Assembly (NCBI GenBank): GCA_035638115.1
Contig: DASRAN010000074.1
Coordinates: 26,062 to 90,061 of the forward strand
DNA: 64,000 bases
DNA from: Patescibacteria group bacterium
GTDB taxonomy: Bacteria; Acidobacteriota; Polarisedimenticolia; Gp22-AA2
Direction: 5' to 3'
Numbering within the stretch: the stretch's first letter is position 1; each line of letters opens with the position of its first letter. Below, piece by piece: positions 1 through 9,611 of the stretch. The notes under the pieces were generated by a model, which saw only the letters and a list, made by a program, of their open reading frames with translations, was not told the DNA's origin and did not search any database. Made by a program: the position numbers and the translations under genes.

Positions 1-1
1 C

Positions 2-160
2 TGGGGCGGCCGCAGCGGCGTGCGCTCGACGGTCGACAACCCGTCGGTCACCGGCTCGGGCGCCATCTGGGGCGGCGGCCGCTGCTCGATGAGCTCGACC
101 AACGGCACGATCGGCGGGTCGAGCGCCATCTGGGGCGGCGACGGACGCTACCGCCGCTGA
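2..160 (+). CDS. 3' end of a gene running off the window; translation shows degenerate repeats (…GSGAIWGGG…GSSAIWGGDGRYRR*)
   Basis: Frame 2 is open from the window edge to TGA at 158-160, with a repeated ~60-nt unit; no start codon visible (partial gene). Confidence 0.25.
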   Translation, partial: WGGRSGVRSTVDNPSVTGSGAIWGGGRCSMSSTNGTIGGSSAIWGGDGRYRR

Positions 161-202
161 CCCGGGATCGGCCGCGTACCCTGCAATGCCTCCGACGACT
201 GA

Positions 203-2989
203 TCAGGTGTACTTCGCCACCAGCCTCTGGAAGCGGGGGAACTTCCGGAGCGAAGCCAGCTCGGGATCGATCTTCAGCCCGTTGACGTACGTCCCGGAGG
301 GATACGTCAGGAGCTTCTCCAGGACGTCGCAGGCCGCGTCGAGCTCCCCCACCGCCACGTAGACGCGCGCCAGGGACTCCTGGAAGAACGGGCCGTCGAT
401 CGCGTCAGCCGAAACGGGCACCATGTCGGCCGCCAGCTTCGCCTCCCGCACAGCCTCGTCCTTCCGGCCCAGGCAGGCGAGCGCCAGCGCGAGACCCGAA
501 CGCATCCGCGCGTCCCTCGGACTGGCGGCAATCGCCTTCTCCAGCACCTGGCGTCCCGCCTCGCACGAAGCCTGCGCCCGGGCCCGATCGTTCATGACCA
601 GATAGATGTAGCCCGTCAGCAGCATCTTCGGGCGATAGAGGTTCTGCGTCTCGAGCACTTCGTGAGGGAACTTCTCCATCTCTGCGATCGCGTCCTCGTA
701 GCGGCCGTCGAGCTCGTCCAGGTAGCTCTCGATGCCCGGCAATTCGGGAAATTCCCGCGGGTCGATGTTCTTCACGATCTCGCGCGCCGCGCGGGTGTTC
801 CCCTCGATGTTGACTCTCGAGAACGCGACGCCGACCAGCACGCCGGGGGCATGGGGCGCCAGCGACAGTGCCAGATCGGCAAACCGCAGCGCCTCGGGGA
901 CGCGGCGCTGGAATTCATACGTCTCCCTCATGCCGTCCACCAGCTCGAGCTTCCTCGGATTGAGGGCGTACGCCTTCTCCATCGCCGCGATCGCATCGTC
1001 CCAGCGGCCCTGGCGGCGCATCACGTAGGCCATCGCCTCCAGCGCCTCGGCATCGTCCCCCCGGCCGCCCGCGGCGAGGCGGAACTCCTCCTGCGCCTGC
1101 GCGTAATCCCCCCGCCCCCAGTAGTAGTAATACCCGAGCGCGAGGTGACCCTCCGCCAGGGCGGGTTGCAGCGCGAGCGCCTTGTCGGCGGCCTCCCGCG
1201 CCTTCGCCAGGCGTTCCTCGGTGTAGTCGTACCGGTCGTGGTAGACGTGCGAGTGCGCGTAGGAGAGCGCCGCCCATCCCTGGGCGAACCGCGGATCGAG
1301 CCGCACCGCCTGCTCGAGCAGGCCGGTCCCCTGCATCTCGGCGTCGCGGGACACGAAAGCCGCCGAGAGCATCGCCCGGGCACGCAGGAAAACCTGATAG
1401 GCGTCCAGGTTCTGCGTCGGCTGCGCCCCCCCCGCCGTCCCGCCGGGTTGCTGCACCGCCAGGCCGAGCTTCCCGACGACCTGTCCGGCGATCTCCGACT
1501 GCACCGCGAAGATGTCTTTCATCTCGCGGTCGTAACGGTCGCCCCAGAGCTGGGTGTCGTCCGCGACGCGCACGAGCTGCGGCGTCACCCGCACGCGGCT
1601 GGCGCGTCCGGCGCCGCGATCCCATCGCACCGTCCCGGCGAGCACGTAGTCGACCCCCAGCTCGGCGCCGATCTGCTTCGTCGTCTTGCCGGTCCTGGCG
1701 TACTGCATCGCGCTGTTGCGCGAGATGACCCCCAGCCCGCTCACCGACGCCAGCCGGCTGGTGATCTCCTCCGTCACGCCGTCGGCGAAATAGGCGTCGT
1801 CGGCCGCTCCGAGGTTCTCGAAAGGCAGGACGACGATGCGCTGCCGCCCGTCGGATGATCGCGGGTCGGCGATCGCCGACGCGGCGCCCGGCGCGCCGCC
1901 CGCGGGGGCGGAGCCGGCGGCGGGCGCGACGACCGCGGCACCGCCTCGCCATGCGCGCAGCGCCGCGACTCCCGCCAACGCGAGCACGACGATTGCCGCG
2001 GCCGCCACGACATATTTCATCGCACCGCCGCGCGGGGGGGCCGGCATCGAAGAGGGCGCCGAGATCGAAGGCGCGGTGACCACGCCCGAGCGCGGCGCGC
2101 CGGCCCCGACCGCGGCCAGCTCGCCCGAGTCGAGCAGCTCCTTGACCTCCGTCAGCTCCGTCGACAGCCCGAGGGCGCTCTGGAACCGGCGCGCCGGATC
2201 CTTCGTCAGGCAGCGATTGACGATGCGGCTCAGGTCGCGCGGCAGGGTCGCGTTGATCTGCGTCACCGGCGGCGGGTTCTCCTTCAGGATCGAGGAGAGG
2301 ATCGACATCGCCGTGTCGCCACGGAACGGCTGCCGCCCGGTGCTCATCTCGTAGAGGATGATGCCGAGAGTGAAGACGTCGGAGCGCGGGTCGACCGGCT
2401 TCCCTTCCGCCTGCTCGGGCGACATGTAGGCGACCGTGCCTACGATCCGACCTTCCTCGGTGAGCGCGCGGGTGGGCAGGAGGGAGGCGTCGCCCGGCTT
2501 GCCGAAAAAGGCGCCGACCTTCGCCAGGCCGAAGTCGAGGACCTTGACCCTCCCGTCGCGGCCGAGGATGACGTTCTCCGGCTTCAGGTCGCGGTGGGTG
2601 ATTCCCTGCTGGTGCGCCGCGGCGACCGCCTCCGACAGCGGGATGGCGAGCGCGAGCAATCGATCGAGCGGCAGTCCGCCGCGCGGCAGCGCCTCGCGCA
2701 GGGTCTCCCCTTCGATCAGCTCCATGGTGATGAAGTCGACCCCCTCCGCTTCCTCGACGGAGTAGATGGTCACGATGTTCGGGTGGTTGAGCGCGGCGAT
2801 CGCCTTCGCCTCGCGCTCGAATCGCTGCCGCATCTGCGGGTCGCGGCCGGTTTCCTCGGGCAGCACCTTGAGCGCGACGTGCCGGCCCAGCTTGGCGTCC
2901 TCGGCCTCGTACACTTCCCCCATCCCGCCCGCGCCGAGCTGGCGGAGGATGTGGTAGTGCCCGAGAACCTGGCCGGGCCGCAATGGCAT
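203..2989 (-). CDS. Ser/Thr protein kinase (Hanks-type) with a transmembrane segment, an extracytoplasmic TolB_N/CadC-like domain and C-terminal TPR repeats
   Basis: Kinase motifs GxGxxG (LGAGGMGEV), [24 protein letters not shown]; hydrophobic segment after the kinase domain; TPR-like repeats C-terminally. Start set at ATG 2989 (MPLRPGQ…), just upstream of the kinase domain; the ORF track runs to 3151. Confidence 0.85.
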   Translation of the reverse strand: MPLRPGQVLGHYHILRQLGAGGMGEVYEAEDAKLGRHVALKVLPEETGRDPQMRQRFEREAKAIAALNHPNIVTIYSVEEAEGVDFITMELIEGETLREALPRGGLPLDRLLALAIPLSEAVAAAHQQGITHRDLKPENVILGRDGRVKVLDFGLAKVGAFFGKPGDASLLPTRALTEEGRIVGTVAYMSPEQAEGKPVDPRSDVFTLGIILYEMSTGRQPFRGDTAMSILSSILKENPPPVTQINATLPRDLSRIVNRCLTKDPARRFQSALGLSTELTEVKELLDSGELAAVGAGAPRSGVVTAPSISAPSSMPAPPRGGAMKYVVAAAAIVVLALAGVAALRAWRGGAAVVAPAAGSAPAGGAPGAASAIADPRSSDGRQRIVVLPFENLGAADDAYFADGVTEEITSRLASVSGLGVISRNSAMQYARTGKTTKQIGAELGVDYVLAGTVRWDRGAGRASRVRVTPQLVRVADDTQLWGDRYDREMKDIFAVQSEIAGQVVGKLGLAVQQPGGTAGGAQPTQNLDAYQVFLRARAMLSAAFVSRDAEMQGTGLLEQAVRLDPRFAQGWAALSYAHSHVYHDRYDYTEERLAKAREAADKALALQPALAEGHLALGYYYYWGRGDYAQAQEEFRLAAGGRGDDAEALEAMAYVMRRQGRWDDAIAAMEKAYALNPRKLELVDGMRETYEFQRRVPEALRFADLALSLAPHAPGVLVGVAFSRVNIEGNTRAAREIVKNIDPREFPELPGIESYLDELDGRYEDAIAEMEKFPHEVLETQNLYRPKMLLTGYIYLVMNDRARAQASCEAGRQVLEKAIAASPRDARMRSGLALALACLGRKDEAVREAKLAADMVPVSADAIDGPFFQESLARVYVAVGELDAACDVLEKLLTYPSGTYVNGLKIDPELASLRKFPRFQRLVAKYT

Positions 2990-3086
2990 GGCACCCTCGC
3001 GCGACGGCTGGGATTCTATCCCGCCGATAGCGGGGCGTGTGCTATGGTCGCTCTCCCGCTCCGCGCGATCGACCGGAGGGACCTCG

Positions 3087-3875
3087 ATGACCCAGACCCT
3101 GCCCGCCGTCTTCCTCGGGCACGGCAACCCGATGAACGCCCTCGCGGACAACGATTACACGCGCGGCTGGCGCCGGCTCGGTTCGACGTGGCCCCGACCC
3201 AAGGCGATCCTCGCGATCTCGGCTCACTGGTTCGTCCCCGCGACCGGGGTCACGGTCGCGACCGCGCCGAGAACGATTCACGACTTCGGCGGGTTTCCAC
3301 GCGAGCTGTACGAGGTGCAGTACCCGGCGCCGGGCGATCCCGACCTCGCGCGGCGCGTGCAGCGGATGCTCGCGCCGCTGTCCGTCGCGCTCGACGTCTC
3401 CTGGGGTCTCGATCACGGCACCTGGTCGGTGCTCCGGCACGTCTATCCGGAGGCGGACGTGCCGGTTGTGCAGCTCAGCATCGACGAGTCGCGGCCGGCG
3501 GCGTTCCACTTCGAGATCGGCCGGCGTCTCGCGCCGCTGCGCGGTGAAGGGATCCTGATTCTGGGCAGCGGCAACCTGGTGCACAACCTGCACGCCTACG
3601 CCTGGGGCCGGCACCTGCCCGAGCCGTACGACTGGGCGGTGCGCTTCGAGCAGAAGGCGCGGCAGATGATGCTCGCGGACGACGTCGCGCCGCTGGTCGC
3701 CTACGAGACGCTGGGCCCCGACGCGCTCCTGTCGATCCCGACGCCGGATCACTACCTGCCGCTGCTCTACGTTCTTGGCGCGCGCCAGGCCGGCGAGGCG
3801 ATCGCCTTCCCGATCGAGGGAGTCGACGGCGGGTCGATCTCCATGCTGGCCGTCGAGGCGGGCGCGTCCCGGTAG
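3087..3875 (+). CDS. ygiD: Extradiol ring-cleavage dioxygenase class III subunit B, LigB/YgiD-like (4,5-DOPA dioxygenase family)
   Basis: N-terminus MTQTLPAVFLGHGNPMNAL… with the SAHW and HNLH motifs typical of YgiD/LigB; GGAGGG RBS 7-12 nt upstream of ATG 3087. Confidence 0.8.
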   Translation: MTQTLPAVFLGHGNPMNALADNDYTRGWRRLGSTWPRPKAILAISAHWFVPATGVTVATAPRTIHDFGGFPRELYEVQYPAPGDPDLARRVQRMLAPLSVALDVSWGLDHGTWSVLRHVYPEADVPVVQLSIDESRPAAFHFEIGRRLAPLRGEGILILGSGNLVHNLHAYAWGRHLPEPYDWAVRFEQKARQMMLADDVAPLVAYETLGPDALLSIPTPDHYLPLLYVLGARQAGEAIAFPIEGVDGGSISMLAVEAGASR

Positions 3876-3897
3876 ACCGGCCGACCGCCGCGCCGGT

Positions 3898-6699
3898 CTA
3901 TCCCCGGGAGCCCGCGTTCGCCCGCCGGTCGCGGCGCGCGTGCAGGTCCGCGAGGTTGCGCGCCACCCCGGGCAGGAGGACCGGCGCCGCCTTCTCCAGG
4001 AGCCCGCGCGCCTCGACGAGCGCGGCCTCCGCTTCGTCGTACCGGCCCAGACCCGTCAGGCACCGGCCATAGGCGCTCAGGGCGCGGCCCCGGAGGCGAT
4101 GCGTGGGCGGCAGGACGCGGCGGACGGAGGCCAGGGCCTGGCCGAGCAGCCGCTCCGCCTCCTCGAGCCGGCCCTGGCTGGTCCGCAGATCGCCGAGACC
4201 CACCACGGCGCCCAGGGTGATCGGGTGATCCGGCCCCAGCGCCTTGCCCGCACGCTCGACGGACTCCCGGAACAGCGCCTCCGCCCCGGCGAGCTCGAGC
4301 TCGTCGTGCAGGACGGACGCCAGCCCCTCCATGGAATCGAGCGTGTCCTGGTGGTCGTCGCCGAGCGTGCGGCGCCGGGTCGCCAGACAGCTCCGGTGGC
4401 TCGCTTCCGCCTCCCGCAGCTTCCCCTGCGCCGATTCCAGGTTGGCCATCGCGTTGAGCGCGCTGAGCGTGCGCGGATGCTCGGGGCCGAGAACGCGCCG
4501 GCACCCGTCCAGCGCCTCGCGCAGGCTGGTCTCCGCTTCGGGGAGCCTGCCGGAATCGCGCAGGAACTGCCCGAGGTTGAGGACCGACAGGAGCGTCAGC
4601 CGGTGATCGTTGCCGAGCACGCGACGGCGCGTCGCCAGCGCCTCGCGCCAGAGCGGCTCGGCTTCCGCCAGCTTCCCCTCAGCGCCGAGCACCAGCGCCA
4701 GGTTGTTGATCGCCGTGAGCGTTTGCGGATGATCGTCGCCGATCGTCCGGCGGCACGCGTCGAGGACTTCCCGCGCGTACGGCTCGGCCTCCGCCGGCCG
4801 GCCGAGATCCTGGAGGAGCAGGCCGAGGTTGTTCAGAGACGTGAGGATCTCCGGATCGTCCGGGCTCAGCGTTCGCCGCTCGCCATCGAGCGCCTCGCGC
4901 AGGTAGGTCTCCGCTTCCCTGAGCTTGTCCTCCTGCTGCAGGAGGAGACCGAGGTTGTTGGCCGCCACCAGGGTGTCGATGTGGTCCACGCCGAGGCCGG
5001 CGCGGCGCCCCGCCAGGACAGCGCGGAAACCGGCCTCCGCTTCGCCGAGCTTTCCCTGATCCTGGAGAAGGGTGGCCAGGGCGCTCATGGAGTCCAGGGT
5101 CTCGGGGTCGGCCGCTCCCAGCGCGCCGCGCCGCAGCGAGAGCGAGGTTTCCAGAAGCGGCCGCGCCGAGGCCTCGAGACCCAGGCTCTGATAGACCTCT
5201 CCCAAGGTCAGCAGGAGCTTCGCCCGGACCAGCGGCTCGTCCTTCATCTCGGCGTCGATCTTCGCCGCGCCGCGATCGAGGATCTCGCGTGCGGTGACCG
5301 TGCTGCCGCGGGCCTCGCTGGGATCCGAGACCTCGAACAGCTCGGCCAGGAAGCTCAGCGTCCGGTTCGCGGTGGCGGCCTCCCGGTTGGCGCGGTCCCG
5401 CTCGCGGGCGATGCGCTGCGATTGCAGCGCCATGGCCAGGCCGAAGCCGGCCAGGCCGATCACCGCGAGCGTGGCGAAGGCGACGCCGACGCGATGCCGG
5501 CGCACGAACTTGCGAGCCCGGTATCCGACGCCGGGCGGACCGGCCAGAACGGGCAGGTGATCGAGATGGCGGCCGATGTCGGCGGCGAGCTCCGCCGGCG
5601 AACCGTAACGTCGCGCACGATCCTTCTCGAGCGCCTTCATCACGATCCAGTCGAGCTCCCCCTTCACCTGGCGCCGCAGCGTGATCGCATCCACCCGCCG
5701 GCGGGCCGCCTTTTCGGTGGCGGCGGCCTCCACGAGGCCGCCGAGGCGCGCGCTGGGCGTCCTGGGCTCCTCCTCGCGAATGCGGCGGCGGACGTCGTCG
5801 AGACCTCCCCGGCGCAACTCCCCGGCGTCGAACGGCAGCACCCCGACGAGCAGCTCGTACAACATCACGCCCAGGGAATAGACGTCGGTCCGCGTGTCGA
5901 CGTCCTCGCCCGACAGGTCGGCCTGCTCGGGGCTCATGTACTCGGGGGTGCCGATCATCGCGCCGAGGGCCGTGGCCAGGGTGCGCTCTGTGAGGCGCTG
6001 CGCCGTCGCCTTGGCCACCCCGAAATCGATGATCTTCGGGACCGGTTTCCCGTCCTGCAGGGTCACCAGCACGTTCGAGGGCTTCAGATCGCGATGGATC
6101 ACCGCTTTCTGGTGGGCGTGCTGGACGCCGTCGCACGCCAGCCTGAACAGCCCGAGTCGCTCGCTCGTGGTCAGACGCTGCCGATCGCAGTGCTCGTTGA
6201 TGGCGACTCCGCGGACGTACTCCATGGCGAAGTACGGACGGCCCTGCGGCGTCGAGCCGGCCTCGAACACCTTGGCGACCGCGGGGTGATCCATCAGGGC
6301 GAGCGCCTGGCGCTCGGCCTCGAACCGGGCGACGACCTGCGCCGTGTCCATGCCGCTCTTGATGACCTTGATCGCCACCTGCCGGCGCACCGGCTCCTGC
6401 TGATCGGCGAGCCAGACCTCGCCCATCCCGCCCTCGCCCAGCGGGGCGATCAGGGTGTAGGGGCCCAGCGTCTGGCCAGCCTGTGCCGCCGGGGACGGCG
6501 GCTCGACCGGCGCGGCCAGGAACTGCTCCCGTTGCAGCGCGCGGTGCTCCTCGAGGAGGGACTCGAGATCGGCGGCGAGGTCGGGATCGCCGGCGCGCAG
6601 CTCGCTCAGCCGAACGGCGCGCTCCGGGTCCGGCAGGTCCAGGATCGCGTCGAGGTGGGTGTTGAGCGTGCGCCAGCGCTCGGGGGTGAATTTTTTCAT
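3898..6699 (-). CDS. Ser/Thr protein kinase with a long C-terminal TPR array; immediately downstream of an ECF sigma gene
   Basis: HRDLKPSNVLV, DFGVAK, SPEQ motifs; TM segment; many TPR units (…LNNLGLLLQ…AEAEPL…). Start ATG 6697-6699 (MKKFTPERW…), 8 nt after the sigma-gene stop. Confidence 0.85.
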   Translation of the reverse strand: MKKFTPERWRTLNTHLDAILDLPDPERAVRLSELRAGDPDLAADLESLLEEHRALQREQFLAAPVEPPSPAAQAGQTLGPYTLIAPLGEGGMGEVWLADQQEPVRRQVAIKVIKSGMDTAQVVARFEAERQALALMDHPAVAKVFEAGSTPQGRPYFAMEYVRGVAINEHCDRQRLTTSERLGLFRLACDGVQHAHQKAVIHRDLKPSNVLVTLQDGKPVPKIIDFGVAKATAQRLTERTLATALGAMIGTPEYMSPEQADLSGEDVDTRTDVYSLGVMLYELLVGVLPFDAGELRRGGLDDVRRRIREEEPRTPSARLGGLVEAAATEKAARRRVDAITLRRQVKGELDWIVMKALEKDRARRYGSPAELAADIGRHLDHLPVLAGPPGVGYRARKFVRRHRVGVAFATLAVIGLAGFGLAMALQSQRIARERDRANREAATANRTLSFLAELFEVSDPSEARGSTVTAREILDRGAAKIDAEMKDEPLVRAKLLLTLGEVYQSLGLEASARPLLETSLSLRRGALGAADPETLDSMSALATLLQDQGKLGEAEAGFRAVLAGRRAGLGVDHIDTLVAANNLGLLLQQEDKLREAETYLREALDGERRTLSPDDPEILTSLNNLGLLLQDLGRPAEAEPYAREVLDACRRTIGDDHPQTLTAINNLALVLGAEGKLAEAEPLWREALATRRRVLGNDHRLTLLSVLNLGQFLRDSGRLPEAETSLREALDGCRRVLGPEHPRTLSALNAMANLESAQGKLREAEASHRSCLATRRRTLGDDHQDTLDSMEGLASVLHDELELAGAEALFRESVERAGKALGPDHPITLGAVVGLGDLRTSQGRLEEAERLLGQALASVRRVLPPTHRLRGRALSAYGRCLTGLGRYDEAEAALVEARGLLEKAAPVLLPGVARNLADLHARRDRRANAGSRG

Positions 6700-6706
6700 C
6701 GGCGCC

Positions 6707-7273
6707 TTACGCCAGCAGATCGCCCCGGATGTTGCGGTGCAGATAGATGCGCGCCTTCTCCCACTGCCGCTGCACGGTGCGCTCCGAGAGGCCCCGCATG
6801 GCGGCGATCTCGGCGAACGAGAAACCGCAGAAGAACTTCAGATCGACGACCTGGGCGAGGGAGGCGTCCACCTTCGCCAGCTCGTCCAGCGCTTCGCTGA
6901 TGCGGAGCAGCTCGCCTTCGTCGGCGAGGTTGTCGGCCACGCTGGTGTCGATGGCGGTGATCTCGATCCGGCCGCCGCGCTTGAGCGCGTGGCGGCTGCG
7001 GGCGTGATCGATGATCACCCCGCGCATGACCCGTGCCGCGTAACCCATGAACCGCGGCGGGTCGGGAAACTGCAGGCCGTCCCGCGCGACGATGTCGATG
7101 TAGGCCTGATGAAGCAGGGTCGTGGCGCCGAGGCTGGGCGGTCCGCCGTGCCGGGCCAGCTCCTTGCGGGCCAGCCGGTGCAGCTCGGAGTAGAGAGCCG
7201 CGAACAGAGCGTCCGCGGCGGGCGCCTCGCCCCGGTCGGCCGCCTCCATCAGCGACGATATGGTCGGTTCCAT
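6707..7273 (-). CDS. ECF-type RNA polymerase sigma-70 family factor (sigma-2 and sigma-4 regions)
   Basis: Region-2-like …LHQAYIDIV…, region-4 HTH …FFCGFSFAEIAAMRGLSERTVQRQWEKAR…. Start chosen at ATG 7273 (MEPTISS…) preceded by AAGGAG; the ORF track extends to 7420. Confidence 0.85.
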   Translation of the reverse strand: MEPTISSLMEAADRGEAPAADALFAALYSELHRLARKELARHGGPPSLGATTLLHQAYIDIVARDGLQFPDPPRFMGYAARVMRGVIIDHARSRHALKRGGRIEITAIDTSVADNLADEGELLRISEALDELAKVDASLAQVVDLKFFCGFSFAEIAAMRGLSERTVQRQWEKARIYLHRNIRGDLLA

Positions 7274-7320
7274 GAGCCGTCGGCTCCTTGCAACTCCACG
7301 ACAGGCGGGCACTTGTGCCG

Positions 7321-7350
7321 ATACTAGGACAGAGCGGCCCCGGGTGTCCA
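7321..7350 (-). promoter_or_regulatory. Putative sigma-70-like promoter for the ECF sigma / kinase operon (TGGACA-N18-TAGTAT on the minus strand)
   Basis: On the minus strand TGGACA (plus 7345-7350), an 18-nt spacer, then TAGTAT (plus 7321-7326), about 48 nt upstream of ATG 7273. Pattern match only. Confidence 0.25.
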
Positions 7351-7460
7351 TCGCACCCCCGGGAGCCCCGCACAACCCCGCGTGTCGGGTTCGGACGGCC
7401 GAATCCGATCTTCCGGTCAAGAGACGCTCGATTCAACGCCGCGTCCTCGGAGACCCGAAC

Positions 7461-9557
7461 ATGAAACGCGCCTGCAGACCCCTGACCGCCTTGATCGTCC
7501 TGGCCGCCTCCGTTTCGATGAGCCTGGCCTACACCAAGCCGACCACCTACCACAAGTTTCAGCTCGAATGCACCGATCTCTTGGATCCGTCGACCTGCTT
7601 CATCAAGGTGCCGGGCCGAATCGTGCTCGAGACCCAGATCCCCCGCTCCCCGCACACCTGGGTGATTTCGAAGGCCCTCGACCTGATCCAGAGGGACGGG
7701 TACCTGTCCGAGGCGGCGCTGGCGAAGAAGTACCTGCTGCCGATGTACGAAGGGGTCACCTTCAACGACGTGTGGGGTGACGCCGACCTCGCGGGCGCGT
7801 CGGTGCTCGACTACTACATTCCGGATTCACCGCAGACCGATTACGGCTACGGCTGCGCACTCGACGGCTTCGCCTACGCTCCCTACAAGAACTGCACGAA
7901 TTCCTACACGGCCGTGATCGACAACCAGCCCATCTTCTTCGTCGGATTCGATCAACACCCGTTCTACGGCTACGGGAACGCGGCCGAGCATGCGCAATTC
8001 CGCTACGACTACGCCCGGCGCATTTACGCCGGCGCGTGGGGCGCGGACGTCCGCGACCTGATGGGTGGCTGGGTGATCGACAATCTCGGGGTCGTCGGTC
8101 CGGGGCAGGACGACCCGTTCGACGGACGCTGGGCCCGCGGCGCGTGCGGGATCCACCACGCGACCTCCCCCGACGGCACGCAGTCGCGCTTCGGCGTGCC
8201 CCCCGCCGACGCGCTGGGCGACCTCTTCCTGAACCACACCAAGGTCGACGTCATGTTTCCCACCGAGACCGACGAGAACCTGTCGACCTTCCACGTCCCG
8301 GACGACGACGTCATGCGCCTCCAGGGAGACTGGCTCGACTCGCATTTCGGCGACGCCGACACCGTCGAGGCCTACGTCGGCTGGGACGGGGTCGACAACG
8401 CGGTCTACGCGAACTGGACCATGGACGCCAGCGGTCATTGCGGCGGTAACGACGACTGCGCTGCTCCCATGGTGGTCCGTCTCCCGGTGAACTCGAAGGC
8501 GCACGCGTTCTTCAATCTGGGCTGGGCCATCCACCTGCTCGAGGACAACACCACGCCCGTGCACACCATCAACGGCAGCTTCGAGACCTTTCAAATCCAC
8601 AACGACGTCGAGACACTGGCCGACTACGCGATCGCCGACGCGACCGTCACGGCCGGGTACGTCCGGAACCTGATCCCCGCCGACACCACGGCTGATTTCA
8701 CGCGCATCTACGATTGGCCGCCGACACCGGGGGGCGACGACAACTGCCCCGACAAGGCGCCGGTCAACCCGTCCTTCTCCTTCCAGCCGCGCCGGTACGC
8801 CGACAGCCTGCCGCGCATGAGCGGCGAGGGCGTGGCGCACGCCTACACCCGGGACCTGGCGGAGATCGCGCACCTGTCCTACCCCTACGTCCATTGCATC
8901 GACACCGAGCGGGATCACAACTGGCCGTCGATGGGCTTCTTCACGGCGCAGGGACTCGACAACGCCGTCAAGGCGACCGCCGGATTGATCCGCCAGTTCA
9001 TCGAGGACGTCGACAAGACGGCGCCGACGGTGGCCATCAGCCAGCCGGCGGCGACGACCTATCCCCACAGCGGGACGCTGACCCTCCAGTATTCCGATCC
9101 GATCGACGACGAGTCCGGGGTCAAGTCGTTCACGGCGACGCTCGACGGGACGACCAGCGTCAACGGTCACCCGATCCTCAGCGGTCTGGTGATCAATCTG
9201 CTCACCGATCTCCGGACGGGGGATCACACCCTCGCGCTGGCTGCGACCGACAACGCCGGCAACGTCGCGGCGCCGTCGGTGACCTTCACGGTGATCGTGA
9301 CGCCGGCCAGCATCATGGACGACGTCGCGTACTTCCTCTCGACTCACGACATCACGGTCAACAACGAGGCGAACTCGCTGCTGCAGAAGCTCCGGGCGGG
9401 CGCGGCCTACCGGGCGGCGGGCGACTGCAGGAACGCGAATGAGGTCTACCAGTCGTTCATCGCCGAGCTCGTCGCGCAGAGCGGCAAGAAGGTGAGCGCG
9501 CCCGCGGCCGCGATCATGATCGCCGACGCCCAGTACCTGATCGCCCACTGTCCGTAG
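7461..9557 (+). CDS. Secreted protein: N-terminal zinc-dependent phospholipase C / P1-nuclease-fold domain, Ig-like domain, C-terminal FIMAH-like helical domain
   Basis: Signal peptide MKRACRPLTALIVLAASVSMSLA. SPHTWVISKALDLIQ resembles the PLC HxW N-terminal Zn-ligand region, and HLLEDNTTPVH matches the H-x3-D-x5-H Zn motif of PLC/P1 nuclease (family assignment from memory). C-terminal …LLQKLRAGAAYRAAGDC… is FIMAH-like. Confidence 0.6.
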   Translation: MKRACRPLTALIVLAASVSMSLAYTKPTTYHKFQLECTDLLDPSTCFIKVPGRIVLETQIPRSPHTWVISKALDLIQRDGYLSEAALAKKYLLPMYEGVTFNDVWGDADLAGASVLDYYIPDSPQTDYGYGCALDGFAYAPYKNCTNSYTAVIDNQPIFFVGFDQHPFYGYGNAAEHAQFRYDYARRIYAGAWGADVRDLMGGWVIDNLGVVGPGQDDPFDGRWARGACGIHHATSPDGTQSRFGVPPADALGDLFLNHTKVDVMFPTETDENLSTFHVPDDDVMRLQGDWLDSHFGDADTVEAYVGWDGVDNAVYANWTMDASGHCGGNDDCAAPMVVRLPVNSKAHAFFNLGWAIHLLEDNTTPVHTINGSFETFQIHNDVETLADYAIADATVTAGYVRNLIPADTTADFTRIYDWPPTPGGDDNCPDKAPVNPSFSFQPRRYADSLPRMSGEGVAHAYTRDLAEIAHLSYPYVHCIDTERDHNWPSMGFFTAQGLDNAVKATAGLIRQFIEDVDKTAPTVAISQPAATTYPHSGTLTLQYSDPIDDESGVKSFTATLDGTTSVNGHPILSGLVINLLTDLRTGDHTLALAATDNAGNVAAPSVTFTVIVTPASIMDDVAYFLSTHDITVNNEANSLLQKLRAGAAYRAAGDCRNANEVYQSFIAELVAQSGKKVSAPAAAIMIADAQYLIAHCP

Positions 9558-9611
9558 GACCGGCGCTGCGGGCCGTGCACCGTCCCGCGGGGCCGGATCA
9601 CGCGGTGACTG

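Noticed and set aside
3775-6900. 1041-aa ORF on the plus strand, antisense to the TPR Ser/Thr kinase gene. Similar very long ORFs occur at 662..1858, 7827..10331, 15417..17324, 17381..19024, 23381..27655, 24240..27635, 28375..30732, 34606..38028, 38395..42192, 20774..22348 and 63143..63895.
   Set aside because: Their compositions are Arg/Ala/Gly/Pro-rich with low complexity. At ~70 % GC, stop-free frames of this length arise by chance. Each overlaps a gene on the other strand or frame that has clear family motifs. None has a recognisable motif or a plausible RBS.
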